59,925 bases of DNA from the NCBI GenBank assembly GCA_038227875.1, contig JBBRPR010000054.1:1-59925 (forward strand), given 5' to 3'. The notes beneath the pieces are model-generated. The model made no database searches, was not told the origin of the DNA, and was given only the letters and a program-made list of their open reading frames with translations. The position numbers and the translations under genes were made by a program. How positions within the stretch are numbered: the stretch's first letter is position 1; every line of letters starts with the position of its first letter. Below, piece after piece: positions 1 to 10,735 of this stretch. This stretch comes from Planctomycetota bacterium. GTDB taxonomy: Bacteria; Planctomycetota; SZUA-567; H5-PLA8.

Positions 1-72
1 CCGCCGCTCCGCCGCTATCGTCGCCGGCCGAGCTGGTGAGTGCGACCGACGCCGATAGCGACGGAGCAGCGG
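1..72. repeat. 30-bp imperfect inverted repeat (arms 1-30 and 43-72, 12-nt loop); may extend beyond the window edge
   Basis: The arms are reverse complements at 25/30 positions; 4 of the 5 mismatches become G-U pairs on the minus strand. Confidence 0.8.
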
Positions 73-277
73 GGCTCGAGGGGAGCCCTGTTTTAGGAAA
101 AACTCTCATAACGGCTGGTACATAAAACGGGGGCAGGTCATGAGTACAGCGTCATATCGAATCGCGGTATTCCAAACGCGTCCTCAGTGGCTGAACGCAC
201 TCAAATGGCAATCTCTGCCAAACGCTACGGGTAAGTTGTCAACATCGCATAAGCAGTCTGGACACTCTCGTTTCACG

Positions 278-296
278 ATCTTAATAACTTCTTAAT
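278..296 (+). promoter_or_regulatory. Candidate OmpR-family binding site (TCTTAAT direct repeat, 11-bp period)
   Basis: TCTTAAT at 279-285 and 290-296, upstream of the response regulator; ATCTTAATAACTT (278-290) recurs at 10982-10994. Confidence 0.45.
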
Positions 297-477
297 GCCG
301 ATGTCTGCCTTTTAAACGGACTTTTAATGTATTACCGAGCTACAGTTCAACCACGTTGATCGGACGCACGTTCTTGCACGATCTGATCAAACTTTCTCGC
401 AGTTCATACCGAAAACGCAGCGCGACACTGCATCGCAGCAGGTAAAGAGTCGTCGTGAAAACAGGAGTGTTGTAATC

Positions 478-1176
478 GTGAGCGATCACTTGGGTACAGT
501 TCTTGTCATTGACAGCGACCCGCAGACTCACTGTTTCCTTCGGGAGTCGCTGGGTCACAATGGCTACACTTTGATTGAGACAGTAAATGGAATTTCCGGC
601 ATGCGGGAAGCTGCATCGCGGCAACCGGATGTCGTCCTGCTGGATATCTACCTGCCGGATATCAACGGTCTGGAAGTGATCCGCCAGCTGCGGGTACGGA
701 GCGCCGTGCCGGTAATCGTACTCACCGCGCACGGCCAGGAGCAGGATAAGGTCGCGGCGCTGGATTTCGGTGCCAACGATTATCTCACAAAACCTTTCGG
801 TGCGCCTGAACTGATGGCGCGCATTCGGGTCGCCATGCGGGAGTCGGCGCGGAAATCCAGCCAGAGAGATGAATCCATTTTCAAATCCGGTGTCTTGAAC
901 ATCGACCTGCTCCGCCGGATCGTAACGTTGCGGGGAAAGGAAGTGCGGCTGACGCCGATCGAATTCCGGCTGCTCATTGCATTTGCGAAACACGCAGGGC
1001 GAGTGCAGACGAATCAACAGCTTCTTCACGCCGTGTGGGGACCCGTAACCGCCGACGAGGGCAATTATCTCCGCGTCTACGTCCATCAGCTTCGTCGAAA
1101 AATCGAAGAGGATCCTGAACACCCACGATTCCTGCTTACGGAAACCGGCGTCGGCTATCGACTCTGTACAAATTAA
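478..1176 (+). CDS. kdpE: KdpE-like OmpR-family response regulator (REC + winged helix)
   Basis: REC (VVLLDIYLP, DYLTKPF) and the KdpE-typical C-terminus YLRVYVHQLRRKIEEDPEHPRFLLTETGVGYRL; no kdpD/kdpFABC in the window, so orthology is uncertain. Confidence 0.85.
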   Translation: MSDHLGTVLVIDSDPQTHCFLRESLGHNGYTLIETVNGISGMREAASRQPDVVLLDIYLPDINGLEVIRQLRVRSAVPVIVLTAHGQEQDKVAALDFGANDYLTKPFGAPELMARIRVAMRESARKSSQRDESIFKSGVLNIDLLRRIVTLRGKEVRLTPIEFRLLIAFAKHAGRVQTNQQLLHAVWGPVTADEGNYLRVYVHQLRRKIEEDPEHPRFLLTETGVGYRLCTN

Positions 1177-1189
1177 TAGCTATTCGGTG

Positions 1190-3697
1190 CTAGATAAGGC
1201 TGCGAATCGTATCCAGCAGCTTTTCCTGCTCAAACATGCTCTTGATGATATGGGCATCGGCTCCCGCGGTGATGCCTTTTTCGCGGTCTTCAGGAGAGGC
1301 CAATGAGGTTACGAGCACAACTGGTGTGTCTTTCAAGCGCGCATCCGTCCGAACTTTTCGTGTCAACTCGAATCCATCCATGCGGGGCATGTTGACGTCC
1401 GTGATGACAATGTCGAAGTGCGCCTTCTGCATGAGCTCCCACGCGTCCACGCCATCGTTAGCCAGACTGACGTTGTAGCCGGCCCCTTCGATGATGGTTT
1501 TTTCCATGGTGCGAACGGTGATGGAGTCGTCGACGACCAGCACCGACGGCGCTTTTTTGGCGGTGTCGGCGACAGGCGCGGCGAAGCCCACGGCTTGCGT
1601 TCCGCGCGTCAAGTCCGCGGCATTGAGAATGATGACAACCTCGCCGGTTCCCAGAATTGTGGCGCCGCCAATGTACGGAACTTTGAAAAGCGGCTTGGGC
1701 AGGTTTTTGGACATAACTTCCTGCGTGCTCAGCACGGAATCGACAATGAACGCCATGCGTTCCTCGACAAATCCAACGATGATTGCAAGATAGCTCGACG
1801 ACACCGCCGTCTCAGATTTCAATCCCAGAGTATCGGCGAGCGAGACCAGCGCGAGATGGCGACCGTCTACATGCAGCACCGCCCGCCCACTGGCGGATCC
1901 GATCTGCTCCGGTTTAACCCGAATCACTCGAATGACATTGGCCACTGGCAGCGCAAATACCAGCCCACCTGTCCGAACCATCAGCGACAGAGTGGTGGCC
2001 ACCGTCAACGGGAGCGTAATCAAGAAGCGAGTGCCCTTGCCCACTTGCGTTTCAATATCGATGATGCCGTTGAGCCTCTCGACAATTTCTCGGACCGCGT
2101 CCATGCCAACGCCGCGGCCCGAAATCTCCGTGACGGCACCGCGGGTGGAAACGCCAGACCGAAAGATCAGCCAGATCGCCTCGCGCTCAGTCATCGTCGC
2201 GGCGGCTTCAGCAGTAATGACACCCTTTTTTACAGCAGAAGCCTTAACCTTGGCCGCATCGATACCTGCGCCGTCGTCGGACATTTCAATCAGGATACTG
2301 CCGCCCCGCTGAGACGCGGAGAGCAGCAACGAGCCCTTGCGCGGCTTTCCGGCTGCCTCGCGGACATCGGGAGTCTCCAAGCCATGGTCGACACAGTTTC
2401 GCAGGAGATGGACCAGCGGCCCACCGATCTGCTCGATGACCGAGCGATCCATTTCATTCTCGCCACCCGTGATTTCGAGTTCGACCTCCTTGCCCAATTC
2501 CCGTGAAAGATCGCGGACCATTCGCGGCAGAGTCTGAAAAACCGTGGCGATGGGCAACATGCGGATACGGCGTACTTCATCCTGCAAATCCGCAACGACC
2601 TGCGCCATGCGGCGGCTATCCGCGCGGACATTGCGTTTAAGTGCATTCATCTGATTGAGCGCCAGCCGCAATCGGCCCTCACTGTTGCGCAGGAATCCGG
2701 GAAGCTTGCGCGGCACTTCCGTCAACGCATCGGGAGTTTCCTCGTCTTCAGACAATCCGCGCTGAAGAATCTGGCGGCATTCCGAACGCATGCGCGTCCA
2801 TTCAGCTTCCCAGGATTCGAAGAGATCCAGCGACGCGCCAATTTCGTTCAAGCGGCGGAGGGTGCTGACACGGGTGACTTGAATTTCACCGACCTGAGCC
2901 ATGAGCGCATCCAATTTGGAGATGGCCACGCGCACGGTTTCATCGCCGCCCCGGCGTACGTCCAGCGCGCCTGCCTTGGGCCCTCGAACGTCGTTCTCCT
3001 TGTGCTCGGGCTCTTTGGCTGCCTGGGGAGATCCGTGTTCCGGGGCAGGCGTCGGCTTTTCCGGCGGGGCCTCGGCTGGGACCGCGGCGATGGTGGGCGC
3101 GGGCGCTCTCGTGGCGGGAGCGTGCTTGATCTCGTCGTGGTAGTCGGTGACGACCACCTCCAAATTCACGCCCGTTCCCGCGGCGGCGTGGGCGTCGAGC
3201 AATTCGGCCTCAACGACGGAGGGCTTGCTGGCGGGCGTCGTGGGCGGAACGTGTTCAGTGGCGCCGGCGGGAGCCGCGGGTACGGCGTTGGGATCGATTA
3301 ACCGTTCCAGCAACTGGCAGATTTGCGCGACGTCCACGCCCGAATCGGATTCGGTCGCTGCGGCCTGCACAAGCGCTCCGATTTCGTCGAGTCCTCGATA
3401 GACCACGTCAAATAGCGCAGCGGATGTTTTCAAGGCGCCACTCTGAACGCGGCTGAAAACATTCTCCATTTTGTGCGCGATAATGCCGACGTCTTCCAAG
3501 TCGAGACCGCGCGCAGATCCCTTTAGCGTATGCGCCTCTCGAAAAATATCGTGCAGTAACGCTGCCGCCTCGTCTGGCGCGGGATTGTTCTCAAGTGCCA
3601 GCAAACTGCTGGTCATGGCCTGCAGGCGTTCCTTCGCTTCCTGCTCGAAGGTGGCCATGATTTTCTTGCGCAGCCGAGCATTGAAATCGTCACTCAT
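1190..3697 (-). CDS. cheA: Hybrid CheA-REC histidine kinase (WspE-like)
   Basis: Hpt (FREAHTLKGSA), HATPase (HLLRNCVDHG, DDGAGID, SGRGVGMD), CheW-like domain, C-terminal REC; start placed at MSDDF (ORF open to 3712). Confidence 0.95.
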   Translation of the reverse strand: MSDDFNARLRKKIMATFEQEAKERLQAMTSSLLALENNPAPDEAAALLHDIFREAHTLKGSARGLDLEDVGIIAHKMENVFSRVQSGALKTSAALFDVVYRGLDEIGALVQAAATESDSGVDVAQICQLLERLIDPNAVPAAPAGATEHVPPTTPASKPSVVEAELLDAHAAAGTGVNLEVVVTDYHDEIKHAPATRAPAPTIAAVPAEAPPEKPTPAPEHGSPQAAKEPEHKENDVRGPKAGALDVRRGGDETVRVAISKLDALMAQVGEIQVTRVSTLRRLNEIGASLDLFESWEAEWTRMRSECRQILQRGLSEDEETPDALTEVPRKLPGFLRNSEGRLRLALNQMNALKRNVRADSRRMAQVVADLQDEVRRIRMLPIATVFQTLPRMVRDLSRELGKEVELEITGGENEMDRSVIEQIGGPLVHLLRNCVDHGLETPDVREAAGKPRKGSLLLSASQRGGSILIEMSDDGAGIDAAKVKASAVKKGVITAEAAATMTEREAIWLIFRSGVSTRGAVTEISGRGVGMDAVREIVERLNGIIDIETQVGKGTRFLITLPLTVATTLSLMVRTGGLVFALPVANVIRVIRVKPEQIGSASGRAVLHVDGRHLALVSLADTLGLKSETAVSSSYLAIIVGFVEERMAFIVDSVLSTQEVMSKNLPKPLFKVPYIGGATILGTGEVVIILNAADLTRGTQAVGFAAPVADTAKKAPSVLVVDDSITVRTMEKTIIEGAGYNVSLANDGVDAWELMQKAHFDIVITDVNMPRMDGFELTRKVRTDARLKDTPVVLVTSLASPEDREKGITAGADAHIIKSMFEQEKLLDTIRSLI

Positions 3698-3763
3698 TGC
3701 ACTGGCTTCCAATCCATATGCGCGAATCCTGCCGGGAGATCCGGCAGGATGTAATGGGCCACA

Positions 3764-5623
3764 TTAGTGAGTTTCAGCCAACTCCGCTTCAGCAGGGGGT
3801 GCGCTCTTCACCCGTGTTTGCACAGTCGTTTTCGACGGATTGCGGAACGCGTCGGTCATGGACTTAAGCTGCCCGGCGAGGCGGTTGAGACCGCTGGCGG
3901 CCGATTCCAACTCCTTGGCGCCATCCACAAATTGCTTGGTCGATTGATCGATCTCGCGCATCGCACCGGCGATTTGATCCATGCCGACGTTCTGCTGATT
4001 GGCTGACGCCGAGATCTGCTGAACCGCCTGGGAAGCGGAACGGATGTTGTCGCCGAGTTTGCGGATGACTTCGCCGGCTTTTTCCGCAAGCACCATGCCT
4101 GACTCAACACCTTTGGTCCCCTGCTCGCTGGCCATCACGGCCGCGTTTGTGGCCTTCTGGATTTCACCCAGGATCGATCGGACCTTCGCAGTGGATTGTT
4201 TGGACTGCTCCGCGAGGTTGCGGACTTCTTCGGCCACCACGGCAAAACCCTTGCCCTGCTCGCCTGCGCGCGCGGCTTCAATCGTCGCATTCAGCGACAG
4301 GATGTTGGATTGATCCGCGATGTCGTTGACGGCGCTGGTGATTTCGCCAATTTGCTGCGTCTGCTCAGAGAGCGTGAGAATGTTCTGCGCGATGGCCTCG
4401 ACTTTTTCGCGAATGTTCTCCATGCCCTTGAGGATGTTGTCGACGGCTTGCGCGCCATCCAGACCGATCTGAACAGCCGACTGGGCGATCGTCGAAACTT
4501 CCACGGCCTTGCGGGCGGTCAATTCACACGTGGCGCGGAGTTCTTCGACTGTCGACGTGGTCTCGGTGACAGCGGCGGCCTGTTCCTGTGCGCTGCTGGT
4601 CTGCTGACTGACCGTGGCCAGAATCTGCGTCGTCGCCGAAGAGATGCTGCCGGTGCCTTCCTGGATGCGTCCCTGGATATCCTTTTCGGCCTTCGCCACG
4701 CGGCGCAGCCGTTCTGCCATGGTATTGAAGCTGAGCGACAGCGTGTCCCGCTCTGATTTTGGATTCAGGTGCGCGTTCAGGTCGCCTTGTGCGATGGCCC
4801 CTGCGGCTGCGGACACACCTTTGATATAGCCCACCAGATTCTGAAAGGATGCCGCCAATTCGCCGGCTTCGTCATTGCTCTCCACGGTGACTGTTTGTTC
4901 CACATCGCCTTCGGACAATTTTCGCGCGATGCGCGACATGGCGCCCACCGGCCGGGCGATGCCCTTCGAAATGGAGCCCGCAATCAGGATGGCGAGAAGA
5001 ATCGCCGCCAGCATGATGCCGCCCATCACCGTAAGCGCGTTGTTGTGAATGCGTTCACCTTCCAGGCGCGCGGCGTCCGCGTTTTTCACGTTACGATTCA
5101 CCAGATCCAGGAGTGCGTTGCTGGCGTCGTCGAACGCCTTGCGAGAGTCGTTCATGCCTTTCTGGGCATTCTTGCTCGCCTGCCCTGTGGTATCGGTGGG
5201 TGTTTTTCGCGATTCGGAACGGATCTTGGGCCATTCGTCCATGTAGCTCTTCCATTTTGTCTTGTACGTATCGTAAAGAGCTTTGTCCTCCTTGTCGTCG
5301 TACATGGTCTGTTCGTACGACTTTTCGTTGGCGTCTATTTGCTTGAGAACATCCGCAATGGTGCGCTCAAGCTGATCCATTTCCGGATCGGTATCGGCCA
5401 GAATGTGCGCCAGTTGTGCGACGCGAATATCGGAGGTGTTCGTGTCGATATCAGACGTCGTTCGAATGTTATTGATATTTCGAGTGGAGATGCGCAATAG
5501 GCATTTGTTCATCTCCTCCAACTGTAAATAGGAGACTGCACCGATGACGATCATCAGGGCGAGAACAACGCCAAAGCCCAGTGTGAGCTTCTGTGCGATC
5601 TTGAGGTTCTTAAGAAATCCCAT
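3764..5623 (-). CDS. Methyl-accepting chemotaxis protein (WspA-like; 4-helix-bundle sensor, HAMP, signalling domain)
   Basis: Two TM segments, HAMP ([11 protein letters not shown]), signalling tip [32 protein letters not shown]. Confidence 0.95.
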   Translation of the reverse strand: MGFLKNLKIAQKLTLGFGVVLALMIVIGAVSYLQLEEMNKCLLRISTRNINNIRTTSDIDTNTSDIRVAQLAHILADTDPEMDQLERTIADVLKQIDANEKSYEQTMYDDKEDKALYDTYKTKWKSYMDEWPKIRSESRKTPTDTTGQASKNAQKGMNDSRKAFDDASNALLDLVNRNVKNADAARLEGERIHNNALTVMGGIMLAAILLAILIAGSISKGIARPVGAMSRIARKLSEGDVEQTVTVESNDEAGELAASFQNLVGYIKGVSAAAGAIAQGDLNAHLNPKSERDTLSLSFNTMAERLRRVAKAEKDIQGRIQEGTGSISSATTQILATVSQQTSSAQEQAAAVTETTSTVEELRATCELTARKAVEVSTIAQSAVQIGLDGAQAVDNILKGMENIREKVEAIAQNILTLSEQTQQIGEITSAVNDIADQSNILSLNATIEAARAGEQGKGFAVVAEEVRNLAEQSKQSTAKVRSILGEIQKATNAAVMASEQGTKGVESGMVLAEKAGEVIRKLGDNIRSASQAVQQISASANQQNVGMDQIAGAMREIDQSTKQFVDGAKELESAASGLNRLAGQLKSMTDAFRNPSKTTVQTRVKSAPPAEAELAETH

Positions 5624-5664
5624 GACAGTCTCCCTCTGGTTGCGTTCACAAAAAAGGCCGGACG

Positions 5665-6210
5665 TTATGGGCGGTCTTCGCCCACTGCAATTCGTGGATC
5701 ACTAAGCAGCGCATTCAAGTCCAGCACCGAGATCAAATCCGCCGTAATTCCCGTGATGACTTCCACGCCCTGGCGCGAGGCGTTCCGCACGGGCGGCTGT
5801 ATCGCCTCTTTGGCGAAGCGCCGGGCCCCCTTCACTTCGTGGACAAACAGCGCCACGGTCAATCCGGCACCGGTCACAACCACGATCTTCGAGTACGACG
5901 CGCCGTTGATTCCCGGCAGCGCCAGGTAGCTGTGCAAGTCCAGAGCGGGAACCAGGCGTCCGCGCAGGTTGATGAGTCCGGCCCAGAACTTCGGCGTTCC
6001 GGGCACGGGAGTCAGTCCCTTCAAGATCTGTATCTCCTGCACGCTCTCGATGTTGACTCCGAACAATTCCTCACCCACGCCCAGAATCAAAAGTTCATGG
6101 CTGGTGCCCGGCGCGCTTGTTTTCTGTTTCGGCAAGCGTCCCAATTCCCGTGCGCGGTCCTCGAGCAAGCGCTGCACGTCCTTCTCGGCCGCTGTTAGCT
6201 CCGCTTCCAT
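5665..6210 (-). CDS. cheW: CheW adaptor (WspD-like)
   Basis: [26 protein letters not shown]heW motif. Confidence 0.92.
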   Translation of the reverse strand: MEAELTAAEKDVQRLLEDRARELGRLPKQKTSAPGTSHELLILGVGEELFGVNIESVQEIQILKGLTPVPGTPKFWAGLINLRGRLVPALDLHSYLALPGINGASYSKIVVVTGAGLTVALFVHEVKGARRFAKEAIQPPVRNASRQGVEVITGITADLISVLDLNALLSDPRIAVGEDRP

Positions 6211-7690
6211 CGTGCGCTCTCCATTCCGCGACCCATCCCATCAATTGCCCCACGGTCAGCCCATCACCGTCCCGCACCGCATCGTCAGCTGGCAAGCCTT
6301 GCAATGCCGACGCGGCACGCTCCATTGTTTTTTCCGCCCGGGCATCGGCGCCCAGATGGCGCAGGCTGACGGCCATCAAGTAATGCGCCAGCGCATGTGC
6401 GGGCTCCAGATACGTGCAGTGACGAAAGCTCTCCACCGCACCACCAAAGTCATCGGATTCCTTGAGAATCAACCCCTGCAGATAATGCGCGGAGGCATTC
6501 AGCGGGGCGAGTTTCACGGCCTGCTCGATGGATGCCGCGGCTTCACGCCAATGGGCCTGCACCGCATGAACGCGCGCTGACAGATAGCAGGCCTGCGCGA
6601 GTTTCGGGTACGTAACGTGGATGGCTTCCAGCGCCACCAGCGCCTGCGCGTGACGCCTCCCGGCGATCAGTGCTTCGACTTCGGCCAGCAATTCATCCAC
6701 AGAGGATTTTGATTTGGAATCGGCGCGGACTCGCGGCGGTTCGGTGTGCGTGGCTGGCGAGCGGTTGGATTCAGGAAGCGGCGCGTCGAGGGCCGGCGCA
6801 GTCCAGGCGACTGGGATGTTGCGATGGTCCACATCGAAGCTCGAATCTGCCGTACTGCATTTTTGATAAAGCACGGCTCCCGGAAAATCGCGCGTGGCAA
6901 ACGCTGCAAAGATTTTCTGCGACGGTTCGGCATGGCCCACCACCAGCCAACCCCGCTCCGCCAGAGACTGGTGAAAGCGATGGACGATGGCCTGTGTCGT
7001 GGCTTCGTCGAAATAGATGAAGACATTGCGGCACAGAATCAAATCCAGTGAAGCAGTTGCGCCTGCCAACGATGGGTAGCTGGGCTCAACCAGATTCATC
7101 CGCACGAAATGGACCATGCTTACAATGTGGGACGCAATTCGGAACTTCCGCCCATCCGGCGTGAAATAGCACTCCTTGTAGTGATCCGGGATCTGGCGGA
7201 AAGACCAGGCGCCGTACAAACCTTCGCGGGCTTTTTCCAGTGAACTGGCGTTCAGGTCGGACGCCAGCAGGCTGATCTTCCACATCGCAAGATCCGGAAG
7301 CAAGCGGTGCAGCAGCATGGCGATCGTGTAAGGCTCTTCGCCCGTGGCGCAGCCGGCGCTCCAGATTCTAAGCGTGCGGGATTCGCGGTTGCGCCGGATC
7401 AACTCGGGCAGGATGTGCTGCTCGAGTGCTTCAATCTGAGGCCTGTTGCGAAAAAAATGCGTTTCACTGACCGTGAGTGATTCGACCAGTTTGTCCTGCA
7501 GCTGGTGACCTGTCGGCTGCGATTGCATCAGCGCGTACAAATCCCGTGGAGACTGCGCCCGGGTCTCCTCCATCAAGTTGATGACGTGCTCTGACAGATC
7601 CACGCGCCGCGTCCGCAGCATGATCCCGCTACGCTTGTGAACCAGATTCTCAAAAAGCGACAGCTCAGCGTCACTGGGTGCGGTGGTCAT
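6095..7690 (-). CDS. cheR: CheR methyltransferase with C-terminal TPR repeats (WspC-like)
   Basis: TVSETHFFRN, IWSAGCATGEEPY, DLILCRNVFIYF, then TPR helices; true start MTTAPS at 7690 inside the longer ORF; 3' end overlaps the downstream cheW. Confidence 0.92.
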   Translation of the reverse strand: MTTAPSDAELSLFENLVHKRSGIMLRTRRVDLSEHVINLMEETRAQSPRDLYALMQSQPTGHQLQDKLVESLTVSETHFFRNRPQIEALEQHILPELIRRNRESRTLRIWSAGCATGEEPYTIAMLLHRLLPDLAMWKISLLASDLNASSLEKAREGLYGAWSFRQIPDHYKECYFTPDGRKFRIASHIVSMVHFVRMNLVEPSYPSLAGATASLDLILCRNVFIYFDEATTQAIVHRFHQSLAERGWLVVGHAEPSQKIFAAFATRDFPGAVLYQKCSTADSSFDVDHRNIPVAWTAPALDAPLPESNRSPATHTEPPRVRADSKSKSSVDELLAEVEALIAGRRHAQALVALEAIHVTYPKLAQACYLSARVHAVQAHWREAAASIEQAVKLAPLNASAHYLQGLILKESDDFGGAVESFRHCTYLEPAHALAHYLMAVSLRHLGADARAEKTMERAASALQGLPADDAVRDGDGLTVGQLMGWVAEWRAHDGSGANSGREGRAALARGPRTGIGTLAETENKRAGHQP

Positions 7691-7695
7691 GGTTT

Positions 7696-8226
7696 CTACC
7701 GTTGTCCCGCCGGCTGAGTGTGCGGCTGCGCATGAGGCAAGGACGGCAGGCCACGCGTTTCGCTTGCCAGTAGCGTGCGCGGCTCCAGGATCAGAATCAA
7801 GCGGTCGCCGGTGTTGGCAATGCCGGCCACAATTCCCGAATGTCCTCCCGCGCCCTCTGTCGGACGGATGGACTCCGGCGGAAGCGAGAGAAACTCCATG
7901 GCCTGATCCACAATCAAACCCAGCATGCGGCCGTCGACCTGGATCACGACGATGATCATATTCAAGGCATAGGGGCGTGCCGGCATGCCGAGGCGAAGGC
8001 GCAAATCCATCACGGGAACTCCGCGGCCGCGCATGTTCATTAGACCGGCGATCCAGGGCGCCGTGTCCGGCAAAGGCCGCACGGCGACCATGCGAAGCAC
8101 TTCCACGATCGAATCGATGTGAAGCGCGTATTCCTGCTTGTCGACACGCAGGACAATCCACTGCAGCAGAGCGTCGGTAATGGCCATTGACGGCACCTTC
8201 CATGTCCAATTCAAAAGCCTGCTCAC
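7696..8226 (-). CDS. cheW: CheW adaptor (WspB-like)
   Basis: PLPDTAPWIAGLMNMRGRGVPVMDLR; the start may be 8187. Confidence 0.92.
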   Translation of the reverse strand: MSRLLNWTWKVPSMAITDALLQWIVLRVDKQEYALHIDSIVEVLRMVAVRPLPDTAPWIAGLMNMRGRGVPVMDLRLRLGMPARPYALNMIIVVIQVDGRMLGLIVDQAMEFLSLPPESIRPTEGAGGHSGIVAGIANTGDRLILILEPRTLLASETRGLPSLPHAQPHTQPAGQR

Positions 8227-8934
8227 TTACGGCTTCGTTGCGGCGAAAATCGCTTCGAGACGTTTCATCTTGTTCAACTCGATGGAGCGGCCGGCGATGA
8301 ACGCCAGGTTGTTCAGGATGACTACTGCGTTGCGGCCGGAGTCCTTTTTGCTGATCGCATTGAGCCGCTGAAAAAAGTGCGTGTTGACTTCCTGCACTTC
8401 TTTTAGAATTGCCACCAATCCGTCCAGATTCCACTCCACCGACTTTCCGCTTTTCAACTGAAAGTATTTGCCCATCAGATGCATCGTCGCCAGGCGATAA
8501 GTCGCCTCGGAAGGCGTGACAAAGGGCAGATGTACGTCCACCAACGGGCGCAGATGGCTCATCGCCGGACAGCCGCTGGTGGTCATAAAAATTCCGAGCA
8601 GGGATCCGACAGCCTCTTCCATGGTGGTGTGCTTCGAATACGTGCGCGCCTCGGTCGTGACCGTGACGTCGACTTCTTCAAAAGAGACCATGTCGTTGCA
8701 GAAGTCGATCAAGTCGACCAGGGCCACGGCGGCGGGACAGTGCGGCGATTCAGCCGAATTCAATGGGCAAGTGGCGCATTTGTGAAATGCCAGGAGAGTC
8801 CATTCTGGCAGTGGTTCGGCCTTTTTATTCACCAATGCGAGCGTATCGAAATCGAGCTCTGCAGTAATTTTGCGCTGCCGCTGATCTGCGAACTTGAAGT
8901 CGTATTCAATGGTAATCATTTTCGACATCATCAT
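8227..8934 (-). CDS. Conserved Cys-motif protein (resembles DUF6901 family)
   Basis: LPEWTLLAFHKCATCPL, HCPAA, TTSGCP, HLPF motifs; embedded in the operon; family name from memory. Confidence 0.7.
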   Translation of the reverse strand: MMMSKMITIEYDFKFADQRQRKITAELDFDTLALVNKKAEPLPEWTLLAFHKCATCPLNSAESPHCPAAVALVDLIDFCNDMVSFEEVDVTVTTEARTYSKHTTMEEAVGSLLGIFMTTSGCPAMSHLRPLVDVHLPFVTPSEATYRLATMHLMGKYFQLKSGKSVEWNLDGLVAILKEVQEVNTHFFQRLNAISKKDSGRNAVVILNNLAFIAGRSIELNKMKRLEAIFAATKP

Positions 8935-8959
8935 CTTCCTGTGTTAGAGGCCAGCGGGA

Positions 8960-10381
8960 TCAGGCGATCAGGTATGTTTCCATGGGGCCCTTACCCTTGA
9001 CCTCGATGACACCCCGGCTTTCACACTGAAACTTATCCTTTACCAGCGCGTAGGTGGCCGCGGAGATTTGCACCCGGCCCACGACGCCGTGCGACTCCAT
9101 GCGACTGGCGGTGTTGACGGCGTCGCCCCAGAGATCGTAAATGAACTTATGCGTGCCAATCACTCCGGCAACCACCGGCCCGGAATGGATCCCGATGCGG
9201 GCCCTGAACGGTTCCGGTGCTTTTTCGGTCACCGCTTCAAGCACCTTCAACATTTCCAGTCCCATGTTGGCGACCGCCTCCGCATGATCTGCGCGGGCCA
9301 CGGGAAGCCCGCCGGCCACCATGTACGAGTCACCAATGGTCTTGATCTTCTCCAGACCATACTTATGCGTGAGCCGATCGAAGCCTGAAAAGATTTCGCT
9401 GAGCAACGCCACGAGTTCGGCGGCGGAAATTTTTGCGGAGATCTTGGTAAATCCGACGAGGTCCGAGAACAACACCGTCGCGCATTGAAAGTCGTCGGCG
9501 ATCATGTGTTCGCCTTTTTTCAAGCGCGTCGCAATGGAGCCAGGGAGAACGTTGAGCAACAGCCGCTCAGATTTCTCACGCTCCGTCCGCAGCGCCTCCT
9601 CAGCCTTCTTCCGTTCCGTGATGTCGCGAATGAAAACGTTGAAGGTTGACGTCTCGTTCCACTCCGCACGGGAAATTGAGAGCTCACACGGAAACTCCGT
9701 TCCGTCGGCGCGCATCGCCGCGGTCTCGATGGTGCTGCCCAGCAGCTTCCAGGGTTTTCCCGCCAGCAAATCGTTCCAGCCGGCGTTGTACTCCAACCGG
9801 AACGCCGGCGGAAAAACCACTTCAGCCAGTTGCAATCCCATCACGTCTTCGGGTTTTCGCCCGAACGCCAGCGTGGCCTGGGGATTCCAGATCAGAATCT
9901 TGCCCTGTCCGTCCGTGACGATCACCGCTTCCAGCGCCGTTTCGACAATCAATCGTATCCGCGCCTCGCTCTCCTTGCGAAGGCGCTCTTCCTGCTCCCT
10001 GGCCATGAGCCGGTTGAGAATGGCGCCGATGCGTGCCTTGAGCAGAAGCATGTTGATTGGCTTGGGCAGATAATCTTCCGCTCCATTCTTGATGCATTGC
10101 AGCACACTATCCATCTCATCGATGGCGGAGATGACCAGCACCGGCACGTCGCGGGTTTTCGAATCGGCCTTCAAGGCTTCGAGCACCTGGTAGCCGTTCA
10201 TGATCGGCATCATGATATCCAGCAACAGGATGTCGGGCAGCTTCTTGCGAATTTTATCCAATCCTTCTTTGCCGTTGACGGCCGTCTCCGCCTGGTGGCC
10301 CAGTTCGACTACCATCTCCTCCAGGATCATGCGGTTTGTAGCAGAGTCGTCCACAATCATGATGGTAGCAGGACGCGTCAT
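8960..10381 (-). CDS. REC-PAS-class III adenylate cyclase
   Basis: REC (IVDD, LLLDIMMP, YLPKP), PAS ending RDITERK, cyclase FSDLVGFT, KIKTIGDSYM, YDLWGDAVNTASRMES; the Lys/Asp specificity pair indicates ATP; start at MTRPA. Confidence 0.93.
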   Translation of the reverse strand: MTRPATIMIVDDSATNRMILEEMVVELGHQAETAVNGKEGLDKIRKKLPDILLLDIMMPIMNGYQVLEALKADSKTRDVPVLVISAIDEMDSVLQCIKNGAEDYLPKPINMLLLKARIGAILNRLMAREQEERLRKESEARIRLIVETALEAVIVTDGQGKILIWNPQATLAFGRKPEDVMGLQLAEVVFPPAFRLEYNAGWNDLLAGKPWKLLGSTIETAAMRADGTEFPCELSISRAEWNETSTFNVFIRDITERKKAEEALRTEREKSERLLLNVLPGSIATRLKKGEHMIADDFQCATVLFSDLVGFTKISAKISAAELVALLSEIFSGFDRLTHKYGLEKIKTIGDSYMVAGGLPVARADHAEAVANMGLEMLKVLEAVTEKAPEPFRARIGIHSGPVVAGVIGTHKFIYDLWGDAVNTASRMESHGVVGRVQISAATYALVKDKFQCESRGVIEVKGKGPMETYLIA

Positions 10382-10462
10382 GTATCTGTCTCCCAGTGTG
10401 TCTGTGAATAGCATTTAAAAATCGTCGAACCCGTCGAACCCTTGTGGGATGCGGTCCGCGAA

Positions 10463-10735
10463 TCAATCAACTTTTGTGTGTTGCCCGGAGTTCATATCTG
10501 CCGCGCGATATTTGATCTTCTTCTTTACACCTTCTTCAGCGCTCTGATTCCGAGCTTCTTCTTCGCACAATTTGCGATAAGCAGCTAGACGCTCTTCGCG
10601 TTTTTCATCGGATTCCGTCGACGCCTTCAGTTCAATAGCCGCACCCTTTTCAGGCTCACTGCTCCCGCGCGAGAACATCTGCGTAAAACGCCGTATCAGA
10701 GTTTTTCGTTCAGGTTGAGGCGCTGGCTCTGACAT
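10463..10735 (-). CDS. Small hypothetical protein, 90 aa
   Basis: Preceded by an AAGGAG ribosome-binding site; co-oriented with and directly upstream of the cyclase. Confidence 0.65.
   Translation of the reverse strand: MSEPAPQPERKTLIRRFTQMFSRGSSEPEKGAAIELKASTESDEKREERLAAYRKLCEEEARNQSAEEGVKKKIKYRAADMNSGQHTKVD

Noticed and set aside
340..1122. 260-aa minus-strand ORF and similar long antisense ORFs (1418-2506, 41526-42566, 45152-46444)
   Set aside because: Shadow frames of well-supported genes in GC-rich DNA
7691..8434. N-terminal ~250 aa of the 779-aa ORF 6095-8434
   Set aside because: Out-of-frame overlap with cheW and the Cys-motif gene; CheR similarity starts only at 7690
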